A stretch of DNA of 64,000 bases, taken from Candidatus Poribacteria bacterium (GTDB lineage Bacteria; Poribacteria; WGA-4E; WGA-3G). Position 1 is the first letter of the stretch. Each line of letters begins with the position of its first letter. Both the position numbers and the translations under genes were made by a program. The DNA is taken from the NCBI GenBank assembly GCA_965261435.1, contig CBDHDL010000021.1, positions 47,132-111,131 on the forward strand, in the 5' to 3' direction. A model generated the notes under the pieces. That model was not told the origin of the DNA and did not search any database. It worked only from the letters and a program-made list of their open reading frames with translations. This document shows, piece by piece, positions 12,101 to 21,479 of this stretch.

Positions 12101-12863
12101 TATCTACGAAAAGATTATGAACTGTTCCGTATACACCCCATTCCGTGAATGAAGCAATACCTTCCTCTAACCACCTTTGATCAGTTGTACCACCATTCTG
12201 ATACCAATTGACTAAGTGTGCAAATTCATGTGCAAGACTACTATAAAATGTATGACGTGATCGTTCTTTGAACTGAAAAATATCCATATAAAGCATGTCG
12301 CGACGATTGCTGTAAGGATCTAATGGTTGTAAGTCTTGCGGTGAAAAATAACCACCGTAGTCCTGTCCAGATTCATTCATACCTACATCGTGGAATAGGA
12401 TTGTGATCCTATTATCACGATCTAAACCTGGTTTCAGTTCTGAACCTAACCAATGCTGAACTTTAGGATATATTGTTGTGTCAAAGGTCTCAGCAACCGT
12501 TTTCGCCATAGTTTCGGTTAACATATCTTGAAATGTCGTGTCAATAAATATGTAACAACGTAAACCCACTGCAAGGCAGATAGCATTAACAGCATCTTTC
12601 GGAATGTGTACAAAGAAACGTTGCGCCTGACCTACTTTTGAAGGTGCTGCGGGTGCAGCGAACGCTTCGTTTGTATTGTTCAGGTTTCTATCTTGTACTA
12701 AGCGGGTATCATCAATTAGCAGAGGTGTGCCACATTTCCATGGATCAGCATAAAGCCAAGAATTGAAACTGCAAAACAAGCCTATAACAAAAACTAAATG
12801 AACTCTTCTGAAACTTTGTGGGATTAAAGTTGATAGAAAATGTCGTGTAAAGGATTCATGCAT
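9189..12863 (-). CDS. large secreted HExxH metallopeptidase-like protein with LVIVD-type beta-propeller repeats and a C-terminal sorting (FlgD-Ig/T9SS-like) domain
   Basis: Hydrophobic N-terminus, LAHEFAHLVNW zinc motif, many repeats of the G.YV.D...G..V.D type, and a C-terminal LLQNYPNPFNPETWIPY...VSLTIYD..G...SGVYFYKL tail. Confidence 0.8.
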   Translation of the reverse strand: MHESFTRHFLSTLIPQSFRRVHLVFVIGLFCSFNSWLYADPWKCGTPLLIDDTRLVQDRNLNNTNEAFAAPAAPSKVGQAQRFFVHIPKDAVNAICLAVGLRCYIFIDTTFQDMLTETMAKTVAETFDTTIYPKVQHWLGSELKPGLDRDNRITILFHDVGMNESGQDYGGYFSPQDLQPLDPYSNRRDMLYMDIFQFKERSRHTFYSSLAHEFAHLVNWYQNGGTTDQRWLEEGIASFTEWGVYGTVHNLFVDNYLAKPSMSLTTENTTDTYYGGAFLLLLYLYEKHGGINFIRNLADEDSLGLSAISATLNPNKHLVDVFLNWGTANWFNNPSRGSQYNYRNLQSQKVTAHTPRTTRYPKTSNEIPINSWSLHYYLFQSLPNNLNISLYASTLEHLHANIVYISPNSNLLTVTPFSSVSNHDAEGGISTNEIKINNLSRNGQILLVVTSELPQNYRYVAEIGAAGDGTNIEELGKITRAEIEQPFTIRIPNSIDYLEKINSQPISINERSTTSLITSNRFPRIEPMSQIHLSSKYNTIVVHNKHAFATSQWGLEIFSLSPAALRIGEIGTPGDAQALAIEGNTVYVADGESGVHVIDSESLSAPRLLKTLGGFQDARDVHVADGNLYALDAIRGLLVFNQQDIRNIEHPHPRSTFRTAGTPFKITTNEDGTIFLSDNARGLYLLSNDPLGGYLVDATIPLLALDFEIFGNYALTVSRDLRIINIGSPLATQQISGLNTPGTTTSVTFYEGLLYLTDQQSGLYIVDVNRLKSPRLISSHATIGNAQDVAFWYSNADENTYAYIADGMGGIQTLEITEREKPIWLSNYNANGKVYDLDVQTIDDKTLVAVANGVGGVKIAELSNPYTGRVTHDIGIVSGSHGALCVQVEKDYAFVGTDAGMDIVNLMNQEIVLHISTSDPVWKIEIIGEYAYLCAKSLNVVDISDPKRSRVVFRSDLEGDAYRISFHTDYAFIAALEGGVHIFNISDPIRPRPISHFPTQGAATNVTYDDDHMYILDNRNGVLQINIQDIQHPQLISEYTDTELPIDAAIIGNHLYVLDSESIQIIDTRAMERLTRYSQLQAPTGFTIKDKALYVCDLNQLKMFRIQTDGLNLGVEEVLHDRTSQHILSTSIQQNLLLQNYPNPFNPETWIPYTLSKNAQVSLTIYDVQGRLIKHYSYGFQQIGKHTAYWNGKNTVGENVASGVYFYKLNAGDFSTTGKMNLQR

Positions 12864-13029
12864 ATCTTGATCCTACAAGCATGAATTGGATGTAGGGTTT
12901 TCTGGATATTGTCCGTTTTTTCAATAAATTGAATGAAATTAAAATCCAATTTGTCTATAATAGTGTTACTTACATGAACTTAACTGTAAATTATACATAT
13001 CATATTCATTAGTTTCTTCTAACTTTAAA

Positions 13030-13455
13030 ATGATAAACAAGCCTTTCGAATACATAGAACATACGGCGGATGCGGGGATGTGTGTCACGGGAGATACACA
13101 AAAGTCACTTTTTATTAATGCAGCACAAGGTCTGTTTGAAATGATGGCTGTCGTCGAAACAATTGATGAAACAACCTCAGTTGAAATAAACGTTAGTGCT
13201 GACTCTGTTGAATACCTACTCGTTGCGTGGTTAGATGAATTAGTCTTTCAACACGAAACTGCTGAGATTTTCTTTAAAAGGACAGACATAAACAGGATTA
13301 GTTCATCAGAATTAAGTGCAAGAGCTTACGGTGAACCCACAAATTTTGACAAACATGCTGTATATACTGAAATAAAAGCGGTCACATATCACCAATTGTA
13401 TGTTAATCAAAATCCTAAAGGTTTTTGGGAAGCACAAGTAATTTTCGATTTATGA
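13030..13455 (+). CDS. archease
   Basis: FEYIEHTADAGM start and a 141-aa length typical of archease. Confidence 0.85.
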   Translation: MINKPFEYIEHTADAGMCVTGDTQKSLFINAAQGLFEMMAVVETIDETTSVEINVSADSVEYLLVAWLDELVFQHETAEIFFKRTDINRISSSELSARAYGEPTNFDKHAVYTEIKAVTYHQLYVNQNPKGFWEAQVIFDL

Positions 13456-13478
13456 TTTTCAAAAATATAATAGGAACT

Positions 13479-15224
13479 TTACTGCTTCTCCTCAATGCGA
13501 AGAAATTGATTTGGACTAACATCTGTAAGTATACTCTCATTACCGTTTAGCCAGAACACCTCAATCTTCTGAATACTTGTATCAGTACCTATCCCAAAAA
13601 ACGCTGTTAACTCATTTTGAGAACAGTAGCTTGATCCACTTTTTATTGTTCTGGTTTGTGTGCCAATAGCTGAAATAATGCGGATGCGCGCGCCGATACC
13701 GTTTCGGTTGCTCTTGCTTCCATAAAGCTGTATTTTAATCCAATTGTTTCTATTTCCCCCATCATTCCTAAAGAGATGCGGGGGGCCATTGGAAGTAGTA
13801 ACAAGTACGTCAATGTCTCCATCGTTATCTATATCTCCGTAAGCTGCTCCTCTGCCAACAACAGGCATTGATAAGTCCTTCCCAACCTTATCTATCACAT
13901 CAACGAACTTTCCATCTGATATATTTCTGAACAGATGCGGTGGTTGCGCGTAAGTCACTTCACTCTGTACTTTGTTAATGTCATTTTCAACATGTCCATT
14001 AGTTGTGAAAATGTCAAGATTACCATCCAAGTCAAAATCAAAAAAGAAACAACCAAAGGTCAAAGTGAGTAGACTTGGATTTCCCAGTTGTGCTATGGGT
14101 GCATCGTCAATAAAGAAATCACCTTCGTTATGATATAGATTCAACATCTCATTTGAGAAGTTCCCGACAATGATGCTATCCTTTCCACTTCGGTCATAAT
14201 CGGCTGCATCAACTCCCATTGCTCCAGTTGCGATCCCTCTTTCATTGTATGCAACACCTGTCAACATTCCTACTTCTGAGAACTTTCCATCTCCGTTGTT
14301 CTGATACAATTTATTAGGTTGTGTGTCATTTGCCTCAAAAATGTCAGGTAGTCCATCTTGATTGTAGTCAAGTATGCAAACACCTAACGATTTACTAAAT
14401 TGGTCATCAATTCCGACGATTCGTGAAACGTCAACAAAAGTACCATCACCACGATTGCGATATAGTTTACTGGCTAGTCCCATATAAGATTCAGGGGTAC
14501 AGTATGCTTTATTCTTGCCATCAAGTGTACAGAATATATCCGTTGTGATCGTCCATTTGACATAATTTGCGACATAAATGTCAAGATGACCGTCAAGGTT
14601 ATAATCGAACCAAGCACAACTTGTTCCAAATCCTTGATTATCAATTCCTGCTATATCTGTCACATCCGAAAAGGAGTTGTCTCCATTGTTCTTAAATAAC
14701 TTATCTGCCTCAAGACAACTCAGATAGATATCATCATATCCGTCATTATCATAGTCAGCGACAGCAATACCCATACCGTATAAGGGGATATCCAAACCAA
14801 CGGCACCGGTGACATCCGTGAATGTACCATTTTTATTGTTTCTGTATAGTGCTAAAGTCTGCCGTTTCCCGGTCGTATTCCCCTTCCAATCTTTACTATT
14901 CACGAGAATAATGTCTTGCCATCCATCCGAGTTATAGTCGAGAAAAGCACATCCAGACCCCATAGTTTCAGGTAGGTATTTTTTTCCAAACGCACCGCTA
15001 TTATGGACGAACTCTATCCCTGCTTCTTTAGTGATTTCTGTAAATTGGGGTAACGGTTCGCCCAAAACTATCAGTGGAGAATATAGACACATGAGGTTAA
15101 TACATAGTACCAAAATTCCTGAAAAGATAAATGGTGAAATGAGAAACCGTTGATAATTCACTTCAAATAATTGGTCTTTAAATATTCTCTTTTTCAAGTC
15201 AGTATTACTCAGTTTTAATTCCAT
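13479..15224 (-). CDS. CRTAC1-family protein (FG-GAP/VCBS repeats with ASPIC/UnbV C-terminal domain)
   Basis: Repeated DYD/N.DG..DI motifs and a C-terminal NRNGIGARIRI...GSSYCSQNE block. Confidence 0.85.
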   Translation of the reverse strand: MELKLSNTDLKKRIFKDQLFEVNYQRFLISPFIFSGILVLCINLMCLYSPLIVLGEPLPQFTEITKEAGIEFVHNSGAFGKKYLPETMGSGCAFLDYNSDGWQDIILVNSKDWKGNTTGKRQTLALYRNNKNGTFTDVTGAVGLDIPLYGMGIAVADYDNDGYDDIYLSCLEADKLFKNNGDNSFSDVTDIAGIDNQGFGTSCAWFDYNLDGHLDIYVANYVKWTITTDIFCTLDGKNKAYCTPESYMGLASKLYRNRGDGTFVDVSRIVGIDDQFSKSLGVCILDYNQDGLPDIFEANDTQPNKLYQNNGDGKFSEVGMLTGVAYNERGIATGAMGVDAADYDRSGKDSIIVGNFSNEMLNLYHNEGDFFIDDAPIAQLGNPSLLTLTFGCFFFDFDLDGNLDIFTTNGHVENDINKVQSEVTYAQPPHLFRNISDGKFVDVIDKVGKDLSMPVVGRGAAYGDIDNDGDIDVLVTTSNGPPHLFRNDGGNRNNWIKIQLYGSKSNRNGIGARIRIISAIGTQTRTIKSGSSYCSQNELTAFFGIGTDTSIQKIEVFWLNGNESILTDVSPNQFLRIEEKQ

Positions 15225-15247
15225 CTAATTAGATCGGACAATTGTGT

Positions 15248-15949
15248 TTACATTTCTCCATTCAACTTCAACTTACCCCATGTAGTCGTCAATTTATCTT
15301 GTGGTTTAACATCAAAAGACTTAGTTGGCCCTCCATTTTGGATATTCTCACCGGAAATTTCAACGTTGTCAAAATAAGCTCGGGCATTTTGAACAACAAG
15401 ACCTGCTAAGCCACCTTCTAACGGTTCACGATCATAGGCCCCAACAACTATCTCTCCGTTAATCAGTAAGTCAAGAGAACCATCTTCAAAGACGATTCCA
15501 GAAATATCATACCAAATATCTTTTTCTACATTAACCGAACCCAGAACAATGCCTCCACCTGGTACTTCCTTGCTAATAGATGCAATATTGGTCTCAAAGT
15601 TAATCAAAAAAAGATAACGGCTGCCTGCATCACCTCTATCGTGAAGTGTGAGACCGATCCTTGGAGGTAATGTTTTATCTTCAACTAACTTCATTCGACA
15701 AGATACCGTATAGAATTCCCAATCTTCTTCACCAGTTCGCCAAAGGCTTAAGAATGGATCCTCAAAAATCTCACCAACTGCTACACCATCACTAACCCAC
15801 CACTTTTCATGTTGCCTTACAAGGTTAAAAATTTCCCATTCGTTTGTTTTATTATCTTCAAAATCGTCTCTCCATGTACCTGCAGGAGTAAATTTTATCA
15901 GAGACATTAGAACATACACACAAACGGTTAGAATGATACATTTTCTCAT
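15248..15949 (-). CDS. secreted concanavalin/LamG-like (DUF1080-like) protein
   Basis: Signal-like N-terminus, W..DF......W pattern and a C-terminal YFDNVEISG. The fold assignment is tentative. Confidence 0.5.
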   Translation of the reverse strand: MRKCIILTVCVYVLMSLIKFTPAGTWRDDFEDNKTNEWEIFNLVRQHEKWWVSDGVAVGEIFEDPFLSLWRTGEEDWEFYTVSCRMKLVEDKTLPPRIGLTLHDRGDAGSRYLFLINFETNIASISKEVPGGGIVLGSVNVEKDIWYDISGIVFEDGSLDLLINGEIVVGAYDREPLEGGLAGLVVQNARAYFDNVEISGENIQNGGPTKSFDVKPQDKLTTTWGKLKLNGEM

Positions 15950-15958
15950 AGTTCCCCC

Positions 15959-18900
15959 TTATGAGTCTTTGACAATACACTGATCACCAGGATCAGCGTA
16001 AGGACAAGTATAACAATGTTCAAGGTTTTTTCTTTTTGATCCTTTTTGCATGTCTTTGATTCTACCATGCCACGAATCTATAGCCTCTTGTAATTCAGTT
16101 CTATTGAAGCAAATCTGAACAAATTCATTCATTCCAGTAAAATAGAAAGTAATTGTCACTTTAGTTTCACTGGGTTTACTTTTTAAAAAAAGCAATGCCA
16201 ATAGTTGCATTTCTGGTTGACAACTATCTGGATCTATTTTACGCGAGGTCTTGAAATCAATTATATGCCAATTTCCTGATTGATCTTGAAACAATTTGTT
16301 AAATCTACCCGAGATGATATGTCCATTTACTTTTACGTGAATCTGTTGATTAAAAGTGGGTTCAAAAGCATTTATTATGTTATCTGCAAGTTCAGATTCT
16401 AAGAAATTATCCACCTGTTGACGAATAGTCTTCCTTGCAGCCTGCTTGGTCATATCATTCGTTATTTCAGGAAACTTTTCCAAAACTCTATCTATCCGAT
16501 TGTCAATTTCTACAGTGTTCAATTTTCGTTCTACTCGCGAAAGTATTACCTGAATTGATGTGTCTAAATCGGAATTATCATCTTTTGTCATGCCGCCATT
16601 TATTGGTGCCAGACGTAGCACATTCTCTAACTGATACCGAAGTGGACACCGTGCAAAGTTTGCAAGTTCATCAAGTGTGAAGGATGATTTGAACTCTGAT
16701 GGTACTAAGTCTTCAAAAGGTGCTTCAGGTTTACGAACTTGCGTAGTTTCCACTGAATCAGTATCATCGTCACTACCACTATCAAGTTGCTTAATAATTG
16801 GGATTTTGAGTTGAAAGTCTTGCTTATTGAGTTTGCCATCTATGTACAGATGCAAGCTGCCAGATATTACTTTGATCTCGTCTTCTTTAGAAATATTGAG
16901 GTGTTCAAACAACATTTTCAAAGTGTATTCTGGATTGTTCTTGTCATTTAATGTTCCAGATAAAATAAGACGGTCCTCTGCACGAGTCGTAGCAACATAA
17001 AGTATCCTTTTCTTTTCAGCATCGTCTTTCGCCTTAGCAGTTTCTTTCATCATGCGAACAATCTGAGGGGCACTCTTGTCGTAATCTTGGTTTTGCATCA
17101 ACGGACTGAACCCAATACCAATATTTTCATCAATGAATGGTTCCTGTTGGTTTGGTCCTTTTCGGTTAAGACATGGGAGTATCACCACAGGAAATTCTTT
17201 TCCTTTTGCAGCATGGATGGTCATGATTTTGACCGAGTCGCTCCCCTCTTCAACAGGTGCGTCTCCTTCTCTGGGTTCATCGGTAATCAATACGTCTAAA
17301 TACTCAATAAAATCAGCAAGCATCTGCTTATTGTCATCAGCATCAAAATTGCGTGCAATGTCCAATAATTTTTCATAGTTTGCCCATCTTTGCTCTCCTT
17401 TACTCCCCATCTTTAATGTGCCAATCATCCCCGTCTCATTGACAACAGTGTGTATTAACTGATTCACAGGCATGCGGTGGGCAATATCATTGTGTATATC
17501 CAAAATCTCGATTGCTGTTCTGAGTCTATCCGTCTTTCTTTGATAATTCCGCGCTTTAAACCAAAAGTTCTTCCCTTTTTGTAGCGAAATTTCAAAGATC
17601 TCAGTATCTGAAATTCCGAAAGCAGGACCTCTTAGAATCCCGATAAGGGATACTCCATTGTCATTTGGAGCATTCAGGAAATTCAAGTAGTTCCATATAT
17701 CATAGATTTCTTGTCGTTGATAAAAACCGATACCACCTGATGTAAGATAGGGAATCCCAGCTGAATGAAGTGCGTGCTCAATTTCTGGTAGATGTCCACG
17801 TGCACGTATGAGGATTGCAATGTCACCATAACTAATTGAATTCTTTGCATCTGCCTTCTTGGAATCTAAACCTGAATTTTGTTCACTTCCTTTCACCAGA
17901 TTCAGAATATGTTGTGCGATGAGAGTGTATTCATTTGCTATCTCACTGTCCTTCTGCCCGAGTATAATCTCAACCACTCCCTCAGTTTTGTCCAATTTTG
18001 CAACGTTCAGGGGTTCATACGTCACCTCAAAGTCACTCTCTTTTTCCTTCCCCATTAGTTCTGTAAATAAGTAGTTGACAAAACCTACACTGTTTTGTAA
18101 TGATCTAAAATTCTCTGTAAGTTGAATATCTTTCCCATCATTCTCTATGATTCTTTGTTTTGTTTTCTCAAAAACACGAACATCAGCATCACGAAAACCG
18201 TAAATGCTCTGTTTCGGATCCCCTACGATGAACAAATTAGAACTCTTTAGATTCTCTGTCAGCAACATCACCAATTCATATTGTAACTCGTTCGTATCCT
18301 GATATTCATCGATCATATAGAACTTATACTGTGCTAATAATTTGCGACGAATTCCATCATTGTTCTTGAGTAAGTCCCGTGTCTTAATCTGAAGGTCAGT
18401 AAAGTCAAGCTTGCTTTGTGATAGTTTGGCTTTTTGGTAATCCTCTAATATCCTTTTATACAGCGCAAGTAAATCGTGTGTAGTACTTAGGAGTAGATAG
18501 TCATCCGATTCAACATCGTCACAATCAATATCAGGAGCTTCTTTTATTCTCGTTGCAACTGAAACTAAGAATCTCACTTCATCCTCATAACCTGAAATGT
18601 CATTTTTGCTTCCAATAAAATCTTTTTTTGCGATTTCATTTCCTTTTGTCGTAATTAATTTGCTAATCTCTCTAAGATAAATCAGTACTTCTGAAGAACT
18701 TGCCTTTAAGTCCTGAAGTGATTTGAATTCTGAAATTAGACGGTGAACTCCATCAGTATTCTTACCTCTGGACACTTGTAGTACAGCAGTTAGACATTTA
18801 ATGAATTCATCTACCTCTGCTTCTGATGGCAAATACCCTTGAAATGCTTTCTCCCATTCTTTAGGTAGTCTTTCTTTAGTTGAATCTGTGTATACAGTTT

Positions 18901-19456
18901 CTAACAGATGTTGTATTATTTCCCGTTTGTCCACCATAGAGGTAAGAATATCAACAAGTTTTTCTCTGTCCAGAAGACTTTCCAAACAGCATTTCAATTC
19001 AGTCCGATGTCTATCCTGTGTGTTTGTTGCTATTTCCTGAAGTGTATCTTTTATTGTTTGTTTTAGCAATAATTTCTTTTCAATGTTCTCAAGAATACCA
19101 AAGTTGGCTGGCACAGCTGCCTGAAACGGATTTTCTCTTAAGATACGTGAGCAAAAGGAATGAATAGTTGATATAGGAGCAGTATACATCTCTTCAAGGT
19201 GTTTATCACGTATATCAGCATTCTCAGGCTCACCTAAATTCTCAATGATCCGTCCCTTCATCTCTGCAGCAGCTTTGTCTGTAAATGAGATAGCAACAAT
19301 CTGATCAGGCTTAACATCATTCCTTTGCTTCAATATTTGAAGATAGCGATCAACCAGTACAGCAGTCTTCCCTGACCCCGCACCAGCAGTTACGCAGATG
19401 TGATTCTCAATGTTTAATGCTTCTTTTTGATTGGGTGTTAATTGTATTCTTGACAT
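15959..19456 (-). CDS. UvrD/Rep-type helicase fused to a Cys-containing PD-(D/E)XK (AddB/Cas4-like) nuclease domain
   Basis: GAGSGKT Walker A, DEYQDTN, and late helicase motifs (VKIMTIHAAKGKEFPVV, LYVATTRAEDRL). C-terminal RCPLRYQ ... IIDFKT ... CYTCPYADPGDQC. Confidence 0.85.
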   Translation of the reverse strand: MSRIQLTPNQKEALNIENHICVTAGAGSGKTAVLVDRYLQILKQRNDVKPDQIVAISFTDKAAAEMKGRIIENLGEPENADIRDKHLEEMYTAPISTIHSFCSRILRENPFQAAVPANFGILENIEKKLLLKQTIKDTLQEIATNTQDRHRTELKCCLESLLDREKLVDILTSMVDKREIIQHLLETVYTDSTKERLPKEWEKAFQGYLPSEAEVDEFIKCLTAVLQVSRGKNTDGVHRLISEFKSLQDLKASSSEVLIYLREISKLITTKGNEIAKKDFIGSKNDISGYEDEVRFLVSVATRIKEAPDIDCDDVESDDYLLLSTTHDLLALYKRILEDYQKAKLSQSKLDFTDLQIKTRDLLKNNDGIRRKLLAQYKFYMIDEYQDTNELQYELVMLLTENLKSSNLFIVGDPKQSIYGFRDADVRVFEKTKQRIIENDGKDIQLTENFRSLQNSVGFVNYLFTELMGKEKESDFEVTYEPLNVAKLDKTEGVVEIILGQKDSEIANEYTLIAQHILNLVKGSEQNSGLDSKKADAKNSISYGDIAILIRARGHLPEIEHALHSAGIPYLTSGGIGFYQRQEIYDIWNYLNFLNAPNDNGVSLIGILRGPAFGISDTEIFEISLQKGKNFWFKARNYQRKTDRLRTAIEILDIHNDIAHRMPVNQLIHTVVNETGMIGTLKMGSKGEQRWANYEKLLDIARNFDADDNKQMLADFIEYLDVLITDEPREGDAPVEEGSDSVKIMTIHAAKGKEFPVVILPCLNRKGPNQQEPFIDENIGIGFSPLMQNQDYDKSAPQIVRMMKETAKAKDDAEKKRILYVATTRAEDRLILSGTLNDKNNPEYTLKMLFEHLNISKEDEIKVISGSLHLYIDGKLNKQDFQLKIPIIKQLDSGSDDDTDSVETTQVRKPEAPFEDLVPSEFKSSFTLDELANFARCPLRYQLENVLRLAPINGGMTKDDNSDLDTSIQVILSRVERKLNTVEIDNRIDRVLEKFPEITNDMTKQAARKTIRQQVDNFLESELADNIINAFEPTFNQQIHVKVNGHIISGRFNKLFQDQSGNWHIIDFKTSRKIDPDSCQPEMQLLALLFLKSKPSETKVTITFYFTGMNEFVQICFNRTELQEAIDSWHGRIKDMQKGSKRKNLEHCYTCPYADPGDQCIVKDS

Positions 19457-19464
19457 GGTAGAAG

Positions 19465-20539
19465 TTAATCGTCTATTGGTAAAGGGACGACTGCGTTCGG
19501 TGAAAGTGAGATTTTAACGGTTTCACCTGTCTTCTTTGAATCCGTACCTGGATCATGTATAATTGCTTTTAACTTTAATGAGTCTTCAATTATAAGTTCA
19601 TATTCCTCAACTCTACCGAGGTATGTTACCGTTCCTATTTCGGCTTGCTAATGTGTTTTGTCCTAACTTACCATTAAGTTTGATAGCCTCAGGACGGATG
19701 GAGCAACTCACTTCCTGTCCGGGAGTGAAGTCGTGGTAAATGCACTCAGAGTAAAGAATGCCGACAGGTGTTTCAATGGTTGCGTTGCCATCAGACACAT
19801 CCTGTATGTTGCCAGTAATGAAGTTTGTTTCACCGACAAAACTTGCAACGAATGAATCTGCTGGCGATTGATAAATTTCACGTGGACTGCCAACTTGAAC
19901 AAAGACACCGTCTTTCATAATTGCCATTCTGTCAGCCATTGAAATAGCCTCAATCTGGTCATGTGTAACGTATATTGTCGTAATTTGCGTACGACTATGG
20001 ATCTGCTTAATTTCATCACGTAGATTCTGACGTAATGCGGCATCCAAATTACTCAACGGTTCATCAAGTAGCAATACACTCGGTTCTATTACTAATGCAC
20101 GTGCCAAAGCGATACGTTGCTGTTGACCACCTGAAAGCGTGTTGACGGGTCTATCTCGGTATTCAGACATTTGCACCATTTCAAGCACGGATTCTATTTT
20201 ATCCTTCCGTTCTAATCTATCAAGTTTTCGTAATACCAATCCGTATTCAACATTTTCTGCAACGGTCATGTGAGGCCACAATGCATAGTTTTGGAAAACC
20301 ATTCCCGTATTTCGCTGATGTGGCGGTACGTTGTTCATTTCCAAATTGTCAAACTTCAACACGCCTACATCTGGACGATAAAAACCCGCAATGACACGGA
20401 GTAATGTCGATTTACCACAACCTGAAGGTCCCAATAAAAAAAACAGTTCTCCAGAATCAATTGTCAATGAAACATCGTTGACAGCAATTGTAGTATCAAA
20501 AGCTTTAGTAATATGATCTAATTCAACACTGACTGACAT
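19465..20539 (-). pseudogene. ABC transporter ATP-binding protein (PotA/FbpC-like with TOBE tail), frameshifted near 19640..19650
   Basis: GPSGCGKST Walker A, LSGGQQQR signature, LLLDEP Walker B. The ORF stops at 19613, but a shifted frame continues AEIGTVTYLGRVEEYELIIEDSLKLKAIIHDPG...ISLSPNAVVPLPIDD to a stop at 19465..19467. Joined, this gives a normal ~350-aa protein. Confidence 0.8.
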
Positions 20540-20619
20540 ATTATAATTACCTTAATCTAATTTTCTCAGAAGTCAAATAACTAAATGAAGGTCATTGCAA
20601 TTTGATGATGTTTATCTAC

Positions 20620-21447
20620 TCAATCTATATCCTTAACGCATCGAAAACCAATTGTACTCCCCGAAGTGAGATGATACCATCTATCAGAAACGCGTAATTC
20701 ATCAGGGATACCACCCCATCCACCACCGCGTAAGATTCGAAAGTTCTCAATTTCCGGTGCAGATTCTCTACCAAAACGAGGATTCTCTATTGGAGACATA
20801 AGATAAAAATTGGCGTTATATTCGTCAAAACACCATTCCCAAACATTTCCTGTGATATCAAACAGACCGTGACCGTTCGGTGGAAAACTCCCTACTGGTG
20901 CTACCTTTACCCAGATGTCATTTCCTCCGATCCCACCTATATTTGCATCATTATGCGTAATCTCATCACCCGTAGGACTATTATTTCTTACAAATCCCCC
21001 ACGGGCTGCATATTCCCATTCTGCCTCTGTAGGTAACCTCTTGTGTGACCAATTTGCAAACGCAACAGCATCTTTCCAACCTACATTGACAACAGGAGAA
21101 TCAGGTCTGTTGAACTTTGTGTCATGCCAAAGCGGTGGTTCTGGATATCCAGTTGCGGTGACGAACTGCTGGTATCGTGCATTCGTAACCTCATAGACAT
21201 CCATGTAAAACGCATCTAAATATACCTCATGAACTGGATATTCATCTGGATCACCTGTCCCCTCCGTAGCATTACCCATCTGAAATGTACCTGATGGAAT
21301 CAACTGCATTTCTGCACCATCAATCGGTGAAACGTAACTAACAGCATATTCCATTGACTTGAACGATTTATGAGAAGGCTCCGAACATGCACATAGTAGG
21401 CAAATCGCAATAGATAATATGCCCGTATATTGATGGACACTCATCAT
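20620..21447 (-). CDS. formylglycine-generating enzyme (SUMF1/FGE) family lipoprotein
   Basis: Lipobox LLCACS, RLPTEAEWEYAARGG, GNVWEWCFD, RILRGGGW, GFRCV motifs. Confidence 0.85.
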   Translation of the reverse strand: MMSVHQYTGILSIAICLLCACSEPSHKSFKSMEYAVSYVSPIDGAEMQLIPSGTFQMGNATEGTGDPDEYPVHEVYLDAFYMDVYEVTNARYQQFVTATGYPEPPLWHDTKFNRPDSPVVNVGWKDAVAFANWSHKRLPTEAEWEYAARGGFVRNNSPTGDEITHNDANIGGIGGNDIWVKVAPVGSFPPNGHGLFDITGNVWEWCFDEYNANFYLMSPIENPRFGRESAPEIENFRILRGGGWGGIPDELRVSDRWYHLTSGSTIGFRCVKDID

Positions 21448-21479
21448 ATTAAATTCCGATTCATGTTTTGAAATCTTCC

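Noticed and set aside
13030-13455. Archease as a marker of an RtcB RNA-repair operon
   Set aside because: No rtcB, rtcA or rtcR is adjacent, and the gene stands alone between convergent neighbours. Nothing unusual can be supported from the sequence.
19613-19650. Programmed ribosomal frameshifting in the ABC ATPase (and likewise at 53995..54020 in the HAO gene)
   Set aside because: There is no slippery heptamer, no prfB-like SD-stop arrangement and no obvious downstream pseudoknot. A simple 1-nt indel explains both.
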